From assembly GCA_001949185.1 (NCBI GenBank), contig BDGG01000001.1, positions 983,153 through 1,047,152 of the forward strand: DNA of 64,000 bases, written 5' to 3'. The translations under genes and the position numbers were made by a program. The stretch comes from Ramazzottius varieornatus (lineage: Eukaryota > Animalia > Tardigrada). Of the stretch, positions 36,170 through 49,203 are shown one piece after another. Position 1 is the first letter of the stretch. The number at the start of each line of letters is the position of its first letter. Below the pieces are notes generated by a model. The model did not search any database and was not told the origin of the DNA. It saw only the letters and a list, made by a program, of their open reading frames with translations.

Positions 36170-39100
36170 ATGGATCCGCCGGTGAATGCATCGCCCTCCG
36201 TTTCTCCTCAACCCGACGGCGGAAATACAACCCAACCAACAAGTAAGTCGAGCCTCGAAGTCCCTCTTGTACCCATTAGTTGTAGAAATACTGAACGAAT
36301 GTTTGAAGTGGATGGGAGTTTTTCCTTAATCTGATTGTGATAAGTATCTGATCGTTCCAGTTGTCAGCTTTGTGTGTACTGTACAGTCGGTGTCGTAATC
36401 GGGAATTTGCTATTAAGGCAGCGTTCTTGATTGATGTATCGTCAGCTGGTGTTTTAAACCGAGGTGCAGTATAGTGCTTACCTGGGCTAAGTCAATCAGG
36501 CTAGACATTGATTGTGGCTGCGTTTGTCCACTTTGACAATCGTGCCACCAGGCTGGCATGGATTTACCTGTGGGACACATGGAATGGTTCGACAACAGCA
36601 CTGCGGGTAGCAAGATTTGGCAGGCTGGTACAGCTACTCTACCAGTACATTCATGCCAGCCTGCGAGCTAGTCTTCCGTGTCGTCACCACGTCTTTTGGA
36701 GTTGACTTGTTCCCGATCCTCAGAGCGCAACATTTTTCCTTGAATGTGTTCTTTGAACTGTCAGAAAGATGAAAGTTGAACGAGTCACTAAGGAGCGGCA
36801 TCTGACCGATTTAAAACCTACAACTCAGCACTTCTGCTAAAAATAGAATGGCTGTATCACTCTGTATGGCTTGATCCACCAGCTTCCGGTCTTCGGTAAA
36901 TCATCAAGGACCAAAAAGCGTACTTACCCTCTTGTTTACTTTTCTAGAGCCTCCAGGGAGCTTGCCCGAGGCTAGGATGGCTTCTGCGCCTGCGAACAAT
37001 CGGAGTTCTGCAAGAAACCGGAGAAATCGCGGTAATTAAAATTCTTTTCATTAACCCGGTCGGAAATCGGTTGCGGCTATGCCACGCTTTTTCGTGTGGT
37101 AGCACGTGGTAAAGCCGTGTGTTTATGGGCGTTTTTGGGCTGGGAATTGGGATGCTGTGTTCGGATTTCATCTTTGGTTCTGGTTTCAGATTCTGCGCAG
37201 TTTACGTTGGGTGATGGCGAAGAGGTCGCAGAAGAGCGTGCCAACATACCGGTTGTGACACACCCTCTTTTTTGTGAGATGGAAGAGCTGCGAAGGGCAA
37301 AGTCTGATGGGACGCTGGAATGGAAAGAAACAGCCAGGTGCGTGCGATTAGCAGCCTTCCCTAATCCCCATCAATATTGACGGGTGGAATGCATCGTGTG
37401 CCCACGGTCAACGTGGGTAATAATGCCACAACTGACGTAATGCAAGGCTTTTCGTGACTTTGACAGGTGGATTAAATTTGAAGAAGACGTCGAAGAAGGC
37501 GGAAACAGGTGGGAAGAAACCGGGGACGCACCACATGATATCAATCGATAATCGATAATTAAACCCACTTTTTTCCAACCATATGTCCATAACCTACAAC
37601 CCGGGTTACTTTCTTCTGCGAACATAATTCAAAAAGGCTATTTGAAAAATAAATTCAGCCATAAATTTGGGAGGTCGGCAAACAAACCCGACAAGATCGT
37701 TTTTCCAAGAGGCGCAAATTCACTCTGGCATTCTTGTCTGAGTGATAATTTACCTCGATTATTTGAGTGACAATTTACCTTGATTATCAGGTGGTCGAAG
37801 CCCTTCGTGGCGACCTTGCCACTGCCTTCCCTCCTGGACCTTCGCACGCACATTGGCCAAGCCGCCATTCTCCTCGACGTTGAGGTCCCTGCACTGGCTC
37901 CCTTGTGTGACCTGGTGATCGGCGAATGGATCAACAAGGGTCTAGTCCAAGAGTATCATCGCGACCAAGTGCGGGACCTGCTGCTGCGACGACATCGCCA
38001 CCAGTTCGAAGGACTGGGAGACCACAAGCCTTCCTTCGCTCTCCGGCAACTGTCGGGTATCGGCAGGACCCTCTCCCAAGGCCTTTTTAACATCACCCAT
38101 CTTGGAGGAGAAGGTACAGGTGAAGACGGGGAAGAAGAGAAGAAGCGGCGGCAGAGTGAACATAGGATGAACAAAGTCCTGTCAGCGACAAGCATGGCTA
38201 GCTCGGATGAGTCCGGTGCGGTTCTTTCACGGAATGCCAGCCGGGTAAGACCTCTCACTAGTTTCTAACATATCAGAACATCTTCCTGTGTTTTTTTTAT
38301 GACCCAGCAGTGCAGAAGACAATAAAGAATATTTTGAGAGGTGAAAGACTGGGTAGAACAGCTTCGACCCACCTGCATACAGGAAGTCCTAATGTTACAG
38401 CTGTCGCATGTATGCAGGTGTTATTTTGAGGCCTGTCACGGACCCGCATATGCTGAGCAGTGCTTTTAAGCGGGCAGCTTGTATGCAGGTTGAATGTAGG
38501 TTGCTGTATGCAGCTTACAGGTCTTGCATTTGGTTTTTCTGCTTATGCAGGGCAATCTGAACTTCTCGAGGAAGTTGCCGCTTGATGCAGAGTCCGCGAC
38601 GATCCTGGTGGGTGAAGTGGAGTTTGTCCTCCGTCCAGTATGTGCTGTGATACGGATAGGCAACAACGTCTGCCTGGGCAATCTGACAGAAGTCAACATT
38701 CCCACACGCTTTATTTTCCTCCTTCTCGGCCCGGTGGGAAACGCCGCCAAGTACCACGAAATCGGGAGGGCTATGGGGGCTGTCTGTTCCGACCCGGTAA
38801 GAGGCGGCTTCCTTCAGGGGACGCTTCTGAATGGGTTTCTGTACTAATTGGGTTCCCTTTTTTTGGCTCGCAGATCTTTCAGCAGCATTTGTACGCGGCT
38901 CGCAGCCGGAAAGACCTGACTGACGCTCTGGACGAGTTTATGAATGAAGCCACACTGTTACCACCTGGTGAATGGGATCCACAGGTGGACATTCTTGATA
39001 CTGTTCAAAATTCTGTATTGCTTGAATAGTATTCATTCTTCGAATTTTCGCTTGGCAGATTAGAATAGAACCTCCAAAAAAACTTCCAGCACAGGTAATT

Positions 39101-42100
39101 AGAATTCCCGTTTGCGGGGAGGTCGGCAAACAAACTCGACAAGGTCGTTTCCACAAGTGGCGCATTTTTTCAGTGTTATTGGATGAAAAGGGGCGTCACT
39201 TGGAAAGACAACCTTGTCGAGTTTGCTTGTATCTACAAGTGGCGCATCTCTTCGGTGTTGTCGGCTGGGAAGGTGCGCCAGTTGGAAAGAGGGTTCTATC
39301 AAGCTTGTTTGCCAAGGTCCCACTTCACTCTTGTAGGCTGACCGGAAGCGTTCACTAGCAGAATCAAGTGCAGCCTCGCCCATCGTCGAAGAAAAAGAAG
39401 TAGAGCAGAAAGAAGAGGTCCAAGTGGAACGAACAGGCCGGTAAGCCAAAATTCATCAATATCACTCTTAAATTAACCTTCTCACAAGTCACGCGAACCC
39501 TACCTTAATCCGTCCTCCTTTTTCTGCATCACGCTATTCTCCAACCCCTTCCTCTCATCACAGATTATTCGGCGGTCTGGTCGGTGACATTAAGCGTAAG
39601 TCGCGTTATTACATCAGCGATTTCCGCGATGGCCTTTCACTTCAGTGTCTGGCCGCCGTCGTTTTCCTGTACTTTGCCACGTTGACGCCGGTGGTGGCAT
39701 TTGGAGCCGTTCTGGGCGTCCATACGGGCAATAACATGGTAAGAAAAAGGAAGACCTTGGGGAATCCGAAGGTGGTAATGGGGGTATTTTGACCATGCTA
39801 TGATTACAGGCCGCAATGGAAAGTATCCTCTCGGCGGCCGTTGTGGGGATCTTGTGGGCGTTTTTTGCCGGCCAGCCACTCACCATAATGGGCAGCACGG
39901 GACCCGTCTTGGTTTTCGAAGCTATTGTGACAACCACTTGCTCGTAAGTGACGGAAAAAAAACTTATCCTCAACGGTCCAATAAGAAATTATCGAAAATA
40001 TGAATTATTTCCCGGGAACGAAGGTCCTCTAAGTTTTCTTTCATCGTAGAGTTTCTAATTGTCACAGTGATATTGTTCGAATAAATTTTGTTTGAACTTT
40101 TTTTTCAAAGGAGAATGATTCTCTGGAATGTCGGCGACTGTGTTTGCCCACTGTTTTCTTCTTGGGTAGAACCTATGGTTTGGAGTATCTTCCGCTTCGT
40201 TTCTGGATCGGTATATGGACAGGTCTCTTCCTGTTCATCATGGTGGCCACCGACGCGGCCTATCTGGTGCAGTTCATCACCCGCTTCACCGAAGAAGGCT
40301 TCGCCGCCCTCATTTCCTTCATTTTCATCTTCGAAGCCATCCAGAAACTCTTTGCCGTCCGCAAGAAACGCAACGTCTGCGTCTGGCCACTCAACTGTCC
40401 ACAACTGTACGAAGACTGCCATTGCAACATCTCGTCGAACCCCAGCGTCTTCCCAGGTGAAATATCTCCATCTCTCATTCTTTCTCGATCTGACCGATGT
40501 ACTGTCTTTCAGATGCTCAACAGCCAACATCAGACCTGAATTCCTACTCTATAGCAGGTAAAATGTTCAGAAAACTTTTCATAGATTGTCTGCATGCTTT
40601 TGCTCGAGTATGGTACTGCAAGAACGACACCATGGTTTCTTTTGCTTGATCAATCACGCAGGCGATCCCGGTTTCTGTTTATCGGTTCATCGTAATGCAG
40701 GAGGCTATTCGAGTAGAAACCATGTGTCTGGCATGATCAGCCCAACGCAGCACTACCCTGGTTTCTATTTGAATTACCCATTTTACCTTTCAACTAGAAA
40801 TTTACAAGTCTGACCGTTTTCTATTGCGTTCTCTTCCTATTCTGGGTTAATTTGGAACTTGTGGTCTGTGTGATTGATAGAGATGGAAAGTGGCCCGGCC
40901 CAGCTTCTGTCCAATGTGACGCGCGGCGAATGCTCCGCACAAGGTGGTGTGCTGACAGGTCCCGGTTGCTCATACACACCCGACGTCTTTTTCTTCTCCA
41001 TCATCCTCTTTTGTGGCACGTACTTTCTGTCCTACATGCTCAAAGGCTTCCGCAACGAACCGTACTTTCCCAACCGCGTCCGAGTCATCGTCTCCGACTT
41101 TGGCGTGACAGCCGCCATTATCGCCATGACGCTGCTAGATTTCTACCTAGGTCTCGATACACCCAAGCTCCAGGTAAGATCGTTGTACAAACCATCAACT
41201 AACCAGTCCAACATATGTTCGTGGGTTGAATAGGTGCCTTCCGGCTTGACACCAACTATTCCAGATCGTTCCTGGATCGTCCACCCTTTCGGCACGAACC
41301 CATGGTGGACATCGTTAGCCGCCATTATCCCCGCACTCTTCGCCGTCATTCTGATCTTTATGGATCAGGAAATCACGGCGGTCATTGTCAACAGGTCGGA
41401 AAATAAGTTGAAGAAGGGCTACGGATATCATCTGGACTTGTTGGTCTTGACGATCTCCGTAATATTTTGCGCCATCATGGGCCTTCCTTGGATGGTAAGA
41501 AACATCGTCATGCGACAGCAAATTCGACTAGATCGCTTTCCCAAGTGGCGCACTCTTCCAGCCCAGATTACTAAAATCGTGCGCCACTTGGGGAAACGAT
41601 CAAGTTCCACTTGTTGAATACTGAACAGTGGTTGAGAGTTTGCTGCGTAGGTGGCAGCGACTGTCCTGTCAATTAACCATGTCAACAGTCTCAAGCAAGA
41701 ATCGGAGAGTCGCGCACCGGGAGAAGCCCCACAGTTCGTCAGTGTTCGGGAGAACCGACTGACAACTCTGTGTATCTACCTTCTAGTCGGCGCATCGGTT
41801 TTCATGACACCCCTTCTTTCCGTAAGTACTTGACCCCTCATCTCCCTCCAACCGTTTCAAAGTTGGAAGGCCAGCAAGACCATTCTGCCAAGTGGCGCAC
41901 GTTTTCAGTGTTACCGGCTGGAAGGGTGCGCCACTTGGGAAAACTTTCTTGTCGGATCTGTTTGCCAGGCTTCCCCTTTAACTCTATCTTTTTAGAGAAT
42001 TCCAATGCCAGTATTATACGGAGTATTCCTCTTTATGGTAAGATCCCGTCATGCAGTGAAGTTAACGAGAGATTGAAACTGAATGTTTGTAGGGTGTGTC

Positions 42101-42812
42101 CGCGCTTCGTGGACTTCAGTTCGTCGATCGACTGGCCCTGCTCTTCATGCCGCTGAAATACCAGCCCGACTACTCGTACGTTCGCCACGTGCCGCTCAAG
42201 AAGATTCACCTCTTCACCTTCATCCAGATCCTCTGTTTAGCCCTCCTGTGGGTACTTAAGAGTTTCGACGAGTCCTCCATCCTGTTCCCCCTGATGGTCC
42301 TAGCCCTGGTCGGTGTCCGCAGGCTGATGGACTTTGTCTTCTCCCAACGTGAGCTCAAGCTTCTGGACGACCTCATGCCCGAGTTTACTCGGCGCAAGAA
42401 AGAGGACCAAACAAAAAACAATCAGGATAAAACCACAGAACCACACCACAATCAAGTACACGAATCTCCTTCAGCCAATCATATCAGCGTAGCACTGCCC
42501 AATGGCCATGTTATGACCATTCCTGTCAACCATAGTGAACATAACAGTAAGGGTCCTGAAATGGTCAATGAAACTACAGTGAAAAAAAGTCCGAGGTGGA
42601 ATCAGAGTGATAAGAAGGAGGCGCAGAGTGGTCGGCCGCTCTTGCCCAAGCTGGGCAGTTCTATACTGGGCAAGGGCGTGCCGGCACAGATACCCGAAGA
42701 AAAGTCCCCGCCACAGTCCCCTTCCCCACGAGTCTCGCCTATCCCGCTGCTGCCCTTCATCTCGGTCAGTCCCGCAACACCGTTGCAGACACCTCGAGGC
42801 GAGGCTACATGA
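36170..42812 (+). CDS. SLC4 Na+-coupled bicarbonate transporter (NDAE1/SLC4A7/8/10-like), many exons
   Basis: [74 protein letters not shown], Cys-rich EL3 loop, [12 protein letters not shown] (Asp type, not the LES of anion exchangers), KYQPD. First exon (ATG 36170) tentative. Confidence 0.92.
39125..39313. mobile_element. Intronic hairpin MITE (GGCAAACAAACTCGAC...CCAAGTGGCGCA family), representative copy
   Basis: Related copies at ~4460-4640, 22843-22893, 30147-30245, 37676-37716, 41515-41612, 41868-41968. Confidence 0.75.
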
Positions 42813-43171
42813 AGGTAAAAAGGAGTGTGCAACTTCCAGTGAAAGATGAGTAACTTATTATTGCTTGCCAGGCAGTTTTATACTCTGGTGCATATTGCTT
42901 GGAAGTTTATGTGATTTTTTCTGGATCCTGCTTGAGTTGATTCACTTTCCTGGTGACTTAACTCAAAATTAGACGTTGAAATTTATTCAGATAGGATTTT
43001 TGTCCGTAGAAGATCGCATTGTGAAATAAAATACATCGGGCTTGTCTACCCGGTGAAATTTTCAGCAAGAGTTGTGGTTTCTGTCATAGCCATGCAGATT
43101 CGTCACTGGATGTCTGGCTTGCAGGATTTTAGCAGGTACTGTTATCTCAAGAGACAGTGCGGAATTAGGAA

Positions 43172-45473
43172 TTAGGTGAAAAGGATCGTTTCCCAAATCC
43201 ATCGAAGGGCATTATCGACTCGGGCGTAGACGCCAGGATACCTCGCTTGAGCGCAACCACTAAGAAGACAAAGGGAGATAAAAAAAACACCACTTTGAGA
43301 TGTGACCAACACTGTAATACTAACTTATGCAGTTTTGAAGTGAGGTTTTCAAAAACGTACCGCCCCCATGACATGACACCGCACAAGGTCCATACACCAT
43401 CTTGGTTCTTCTGTGCCAACGGACCACCACTGTCGCCCTGGCAGCCATCTTTGCCAGTCCGCGAAGCGCAGATCATGTCTGGACTGAGGTTGCTTCCGTA
43501 TGCCTTCTTGCAAGTCTCGTTGGTCGTAACGTCGACATAAACTTGTTGCAGTGGAGGAAGTACGCGTGGGTCGGCCTTTGATGCCTCCCTTGCTGCCAGA
43601 AGGTCATCCTTGTCGTTGTCGCTGTTGTTTTCCAGTGAGCGCGCTGGACTGGTTTTACCTGCGTGTTTACCGAGGACGAGGTAGTAGTGCGAAATCAACC
43701 GAGTGGTCGATTCAAATGGAAGCAGAACGTACCCCACCCACTAACTAAAGCAGCGCTCCCAGCGGAGCAGCTCCCAGCCTTTTCGGCAGCCAAGCATAAG
43801 GCGCTGACATGCGGTCCAAAATCAAAAACCTACGCCGGGGGGAACCAGATAGGAGTTTTACCAACGGCTCTGTGAATTTCGTGTGTTAGGTGTGGAATCG
43901 TAATTTTCAAAGGTACTGTACGCACTCCACTAATTTTCATAAGACACAAGTCATTGGACATGGTACTGGGTCGCTGCCAGCCTGGGTGGATGGCCAGATG
44001 GCTAGCGTCATAAGTTCTGGCATAGGGCTCGTTGGTGGCATTGACAATATGCGCCCCAACTCGAACCTTGTAATTCCGTGGAGAGGACAAGTAAATTTGG
44101 CAGCAATGCGCCGCCGTCAAGATCCATTGTCTGTTGACCTGCAATTCTCAAGTGAAAAACAATCTGGTCTGGTGAGTACTGGCCAACGTACTATAGAGCC
44201 TCCGCAGGCGAAAGTGCCAGTCGAGCTCAAGAGAGCAACCTGCCATGGTAATGAATGCGGAGTAGCTTCTTCTCCACCGACGATCCGGCTCCACCGAAGA
44301 TCTTCCTTGGGGGGAATAACTGTGGACCCACATGGTACCGAGCAGGCCGAGCTTTCGTCTGATGCGTCAGGACAGTCCGCCACGCCGTTGCAGAATTGGC
44401 TCGGATCGACGCATGCAGTCTCGCTTCCCGGGCAGTACTTCGAACCAGTGGCGCACACAGGTTCTGTAATACCATAACGCGTGGACTGACGAGGGGATTA
44501 TGCCTGTCCTCCGCCTTCCCGAAATATTCTGGTATGATAGAATGGTAGAGAAGAGTCTGCTCCATTATCTGAAACTGGNNNNNNNNNNNNNNNNNNNNNN
44601 NNNNNNNNNNNNNNNNNNNNNNNNNNNNTGGTGCTATCGGAAAGAAAGAAGAGGAGAAAGGGATTCTTAAAAACAGAAGTGATGAGCTTGCATGCTGAAG
44701 CACGATGTAGCTCTGTCAATCAGCAACGAATCAACCACATGGAAATCAAACCGCTTGATTGACTAACTATGTACCGCCCAGATTTTGACGTCACTTCCGG
44801 TTCCTGTATAGGCTTCCAGGATTTCATTCGGCAGTCTACGCCAGTTTCAGATAATGGAGCAGACTCTTCTCTACCATTCTATCATACCAGAATATTTCGG
44901 GAAGGCGGAGGACGGGCACAGTCCCCTCGTCAGTGCTGGTGTGACATTGATACAAGTTGAACGAGAGTCAATTCCTTTACCTTTTATGGATAGTTTGAAC
45001 CCACGCTTGGACAAAAACTTGTCCGAGATGAAGAGAATTCTCTAAAACACAGCAATACAAATAAAAATGGGATAACCCTACATAAGTAAGTATTACCGTT
45101 GATGTATTTATAGTACCACTTTATTGGTGAATGATATTAGTTTACGGGGACCGATTTCCCCGCAAAATCTGCCCAGCTGAATCTCCGATCCATCGGTGTT
45201 GACTTGAATGACAAGCAAGTAGTCATTCTTGCAGTTACTGTGTTCCAGGTCAAAGTCAATCGCATTGAATTCCAAACCGGGGTTTCCGATATTCGATCCA
45301 GTAATTAACCATTCGCATCTGGCGTTCTTGGGATAGTCGCTGGGATAGTACGGCGACTGGATGGAGGAATTTCCATCTCTCGGTACCGCAATGTTTAGTA
45401 CGCGGTCGGGATAACACTGGGCACCAGCAGCCACCACGAGCCAACCTACAAGGAAGGTGCATATGAATAGCAT
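43172..45473 (-). CDS. Secreted modular serine protease: signal peptide-CUB-LDLa-trypsin
   Basis: CUB (SPYYPSDYPKNARCEWLI, CKNDYL, GRFCG), LDLa (CVDPSQFCNGVADCPDASDESSAC), activation site R-IVGG, triad TAAHC / NDLCL / GDSGGP, S1 Asp (KDGCQGD), PGVYARV. Confidence 0.92.
44484..44935. mobile_element. TIR element in a protease intron, spanning the 50-N gap (44579-44628)
   Basis: ~95-bp near-identical inverted arms ACTGACGAGGGGA...CTGAAACTGG / CCAGTTTCAG...TCCCCTCGTCAGT. Confidence 0.75.
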
Positions 45474-47264
45474 CTTTCTGCGATTGTACTTACCATGCAG
45501 CTTTGCCCAACGGCAAAAATTTAACGTCGAATCAACTAATTAATATAACAGGGCAAAAGCCTTGCTGAAGCTTTCAAAAGACTTCATTTGGAGTCCCTGC
45601 TATCACGAAGACTGATTAGATATTGACCATTACTGCAATAGCGATAAGCAAGGTCAAAATGACCCGAGCCATCTATCTTCAAGCCTTCAATCGCAAAAGA
45701 TGTCATGTCTGAGGAACTTGAAAAGAACGCGTATGTGCTGGAGACTCAGTATACTTCAAGGTTATTTTCTCAGACGAAATATACGAGTCGCATTCGTTAG
45801 AGGAAAGATGGTTAAAGGGAAAAATTTCTAACGAACCACAATTGCTTGGCGCCACCTAGCGGAGAAAGACACTAAGAAAAAACCATCCAGGATGATGGCA
45901 CATTTTACGTATTCGTTTTTAGGTGTCATATTTTCGTGAATATTAATGAATACTCCCGTTTCATTAGAATGGCAGCTCCAGTTGGTCTTCGGCGTACTGC
46001 TGCGAGAACGACGAATATTAATGCCGCATAAGCTTTTACGCAACCAAGAGTCGTCACTAAGCGTTAACGCCCTTCCCGCGGTACGAGGATCTGGTCCTAA
46101 CTTTGGACAGGCTAAAACTTTTTGCACACACGTCACGAGCTACTTGCAGGGTTTTTAGGCATGTGATGTATCAATGACGTAGCTGTAAAAAGTTTTCGCC
46201 TGTCCAAAATTCGAACCAGCTCCTCGTACATGCGACTGTCGATAGACATCCTTCGCGAACTGTTATTCTGTTCTCAGTACTATGAAAGATACAAGAGGTC
46301 TGGACGACGCTTTTTGTGACTTGGATGTTAAAAAAGAGGAAATCCGTGTAACGCTTGTTTGTTATTCTGCGTCGCTGCCTTCTCGCTTTTTGAGATCAGA
46401 CCATTGTCTTCAAATACAGACTCTCAACACCTTTCCTGAGAGAACTGACCTTCCTCAGAACTGCGACTAACTCTGAATCCAATTTCCTGGATCTTGTGAA
46501 AGGACGAGCGATCTAGCAATCCAGACGCTACCAGATTGTGTTGACGTGTAAGAGGAAAGAAGGTGACTGCAAGTTGGAACAGTGTGACGTTGGGGTGTCC
46601 TCGTGTCTCGCGGGACAGTTTGATGTCGTGGAGCGTTCCTTCGAGTTTCATTATTATCTTAGAAGAGATTAGTTATTACACTTGTTCTGCCTATTGAATT
46701 GTTATTTTACGCCGTAACTGTGCCGAATAACCTCTGTCCAAATGGCGAATCCTAAATGGGGTTGAGCTATCGAGTTTTGCGAACGCTGCTCTGACCAGAA
46801 GGCGAGATCGACCCGAAGTGTCATTCTGATGACGCTGACTGAACTAAGTCACTCGAGGAGAACCCATGGAAGTAAACTACACTGTCCGTTAGAACGGGAA
46901 GTACAGTAAAGAGAACCTCTCATTTTCCTGGCTTATAAGAAACGGATGAATTGACGCTGTCAGCTAGGTACTTCCGTGTTGTTCACTTTCATAGGTGATA
47001 AGACCAATATATGGCCTTGTGAAATACTGCCCGTATGCATTACGATGCTACCAAAGTCATGATGGTCTCCGCTGGCGGCACCACGCACGAGAATGTATAT
47101 CCGCATACTATCAATAGATGTTTTACGGTGCTTTTACTGGTGCATGCAACTACTTTCCTATTAATAATCCACTAAATACAGTACAACTCGTTCTTAGTGC
47201 AAGTAATACAACATTTTCGACGAATTGTGCTTGATGGTAAAATTATGGCCGTGACGTTTCTGCA

Positions 47265-48046
47265 TTATGCTTTTGATCCTGGGCAAACATTCGAAGAGCA
47301 CGGGCACGGTTTCATACAGGCGATACTGACATCTGTCAATCAAGACTATAAGCTTAAGAATTTAGCGTTCGACAGACAGTATGGAAGAAGTGAATCCACG
47401 TACCTGCCATGCCTAGCACCTGCTCGATGATGACTCGCATGGTGCCCACCATACTCTGTCCGTTGGTAAGGCACGCCTGTCTCTCCTTCTTGCCCATCGC
47501 TTCAGCAGCTAAACCAGAGGAAGAGGCATTATTGATTGTAGGTTCTTACGCAATTCGGCTGGTGGACGGTTGCCCCGATCGATGGTCAAAGCTGACCTGC
47601 GGGATCCATGCCGGCATGCATCGTCTTCAACCACTGCGCGGCAGCTTCTTGGTCCCCCGGCTGAAAGCATGGGCGCCAACCAAGATCTGGTAAAAAGGAA
47701 CCGAACGAAGCGAAAGTCAAAAGTTTGTATCAAGTGAGGATCGACGATTATTCCCGGCGCTACCTACTTGGATTGCTGACTCGAGCGTTTACGTAGGCAC
47801 AGGTGTCCGTATAGTTGTGTCCGTCATTGCCGCACGTCAGTCGCTTGTTCGGCATGGCGCTACAGTCGCAGTTTGGTGGAACATTATCGGCGAACGCACT
47901 AACGAGGAACGCAAGTCCAACGATGGCAACTGAAAGAAAAGTTATCCATAATCAACGTAGGCACAACTTGCCGCATGGAGAGAAAGGTGGATAGGCCGAT
48001 ATATCCATACTGTCAACGGATGGTGTGAGAGCTCACCTGAAATCAT
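47265..48046 (-). CDS. Small secreted Kazal-type domain protein (5 exons), absent from the ORF track
   Basis: Spliced translation MISVAIVGLAFLVSAFADNVPPNCDCSAMPNKRLTCGNDGHNYTDTCAYVNARVSNPNLGWRPC...QACLTNGQSM...VSIACMKPCPCSSNVCPGSKA*; four phase-1 GT-AG introns, all in frame. Confidence 0.75.
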
Positions 48047-48070
48047 TGTGACCGGCCGAAGTACCACCTC

Positions 48071-48758
48071 AAGCAAAAACTGCTAATCGGGAGGTGTTCG
48101 AAGAAGGGGATGGAAAGCTTCTGCAAAACCAAATGAACATTCTCGTGTGGCATACGATAAGTTTCATAGACACCGACTTTCAAAGTGGCATCTTTCCTTG
48201 GCTTGGTCAGGTTGAAGCCCCAGAGGTATATCACTCAGGAAGTTACAATGTGTTTAACAGCTTTCCAGATCGCTTCAAAGTTTGATTGTACGTTGTGTTC
48301 ACTCTACTGCACGCACCACATGATGAATTGAATTAGCGCCAATGCAGGTGGGGAGACAGTATGCGCACAATAAACTAACCAAAACTTCAACGATATGGAA
48401 AGCATTGGACACATCGTAGTTGCATAATGCACTGTGACTATTTTGCGGACCGAACAAAAAGCAGACTTGTCTGAAGCCGAGGCAAAAATGCCGTCAAGGA
48501 ACCTTAAGATATTTTTCGGTCCGGTTTTCCCGCGTTGCTCGAAGGGGTATTATACTCTTTCCGTGCCTGAGTGTGCCTGAGTGTGCCTTCGGTTGGAGAG
48601 CGGCAGAAATTGTAACAGGCCACGTCGTTGTCAGTTGAAACTGGTTTGCTGTTTATTCCATCGGACTGACAGAACTCGCGTTCCGTCTTACTACGATTTT
48701 AGAAATACTCCCCTACTCGACACCAAAATTACATGATCTGGCCGAATAATGCACTGAA
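48071..48758. repeat. ~690-bp direct repeat, copy 1 (upstream of the Kazal gene)
   Basis: Colinear and diverged relative to 50747-51432 (AAGCAAAAACTGCTAATCGGGAGG ... GAATAATGCACTGAA). Confidence 0.9.
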
Positions 48759-49203
48759 AGATAGATAGATGGATTTATTGAGCCCCGACAAACTAGTCGA
48801 CGGCTACCTCCTTCGTCAGAGGATAACGAAACATACAAAAAAATACAGTAATAACTTTGGCAAGGGGATGCGACCAAGACTAACTTCAGAAGATGGACAC
48901 ATGGAAATTACAAATCGAGATCAGGTGCAAGAGAAGAGGTGGAAAACTCGCAAAGCCATAGCAGAGAAAACTAACCACTAACCAAGGAAACGAAGGGGCG
49001 TTCTTTCCGCCTTCGTCCAAGTGCTCACTCGACCGTGTCCGTGTCCGACTGGCTTCGTCGTTCCCGGCTTGATGCTCGAGCTGGTCCATGTTCGTGGTTG
49101 AGTCTTTGCTGTCCGTCGCAAAGGTCCTCTTCGTTGACTTGGGTTCGCCGTCCGAACCTGGTAGTACTGACGGACGCTTTATATGCCTTGTATGGCGGAT
49201 CGT

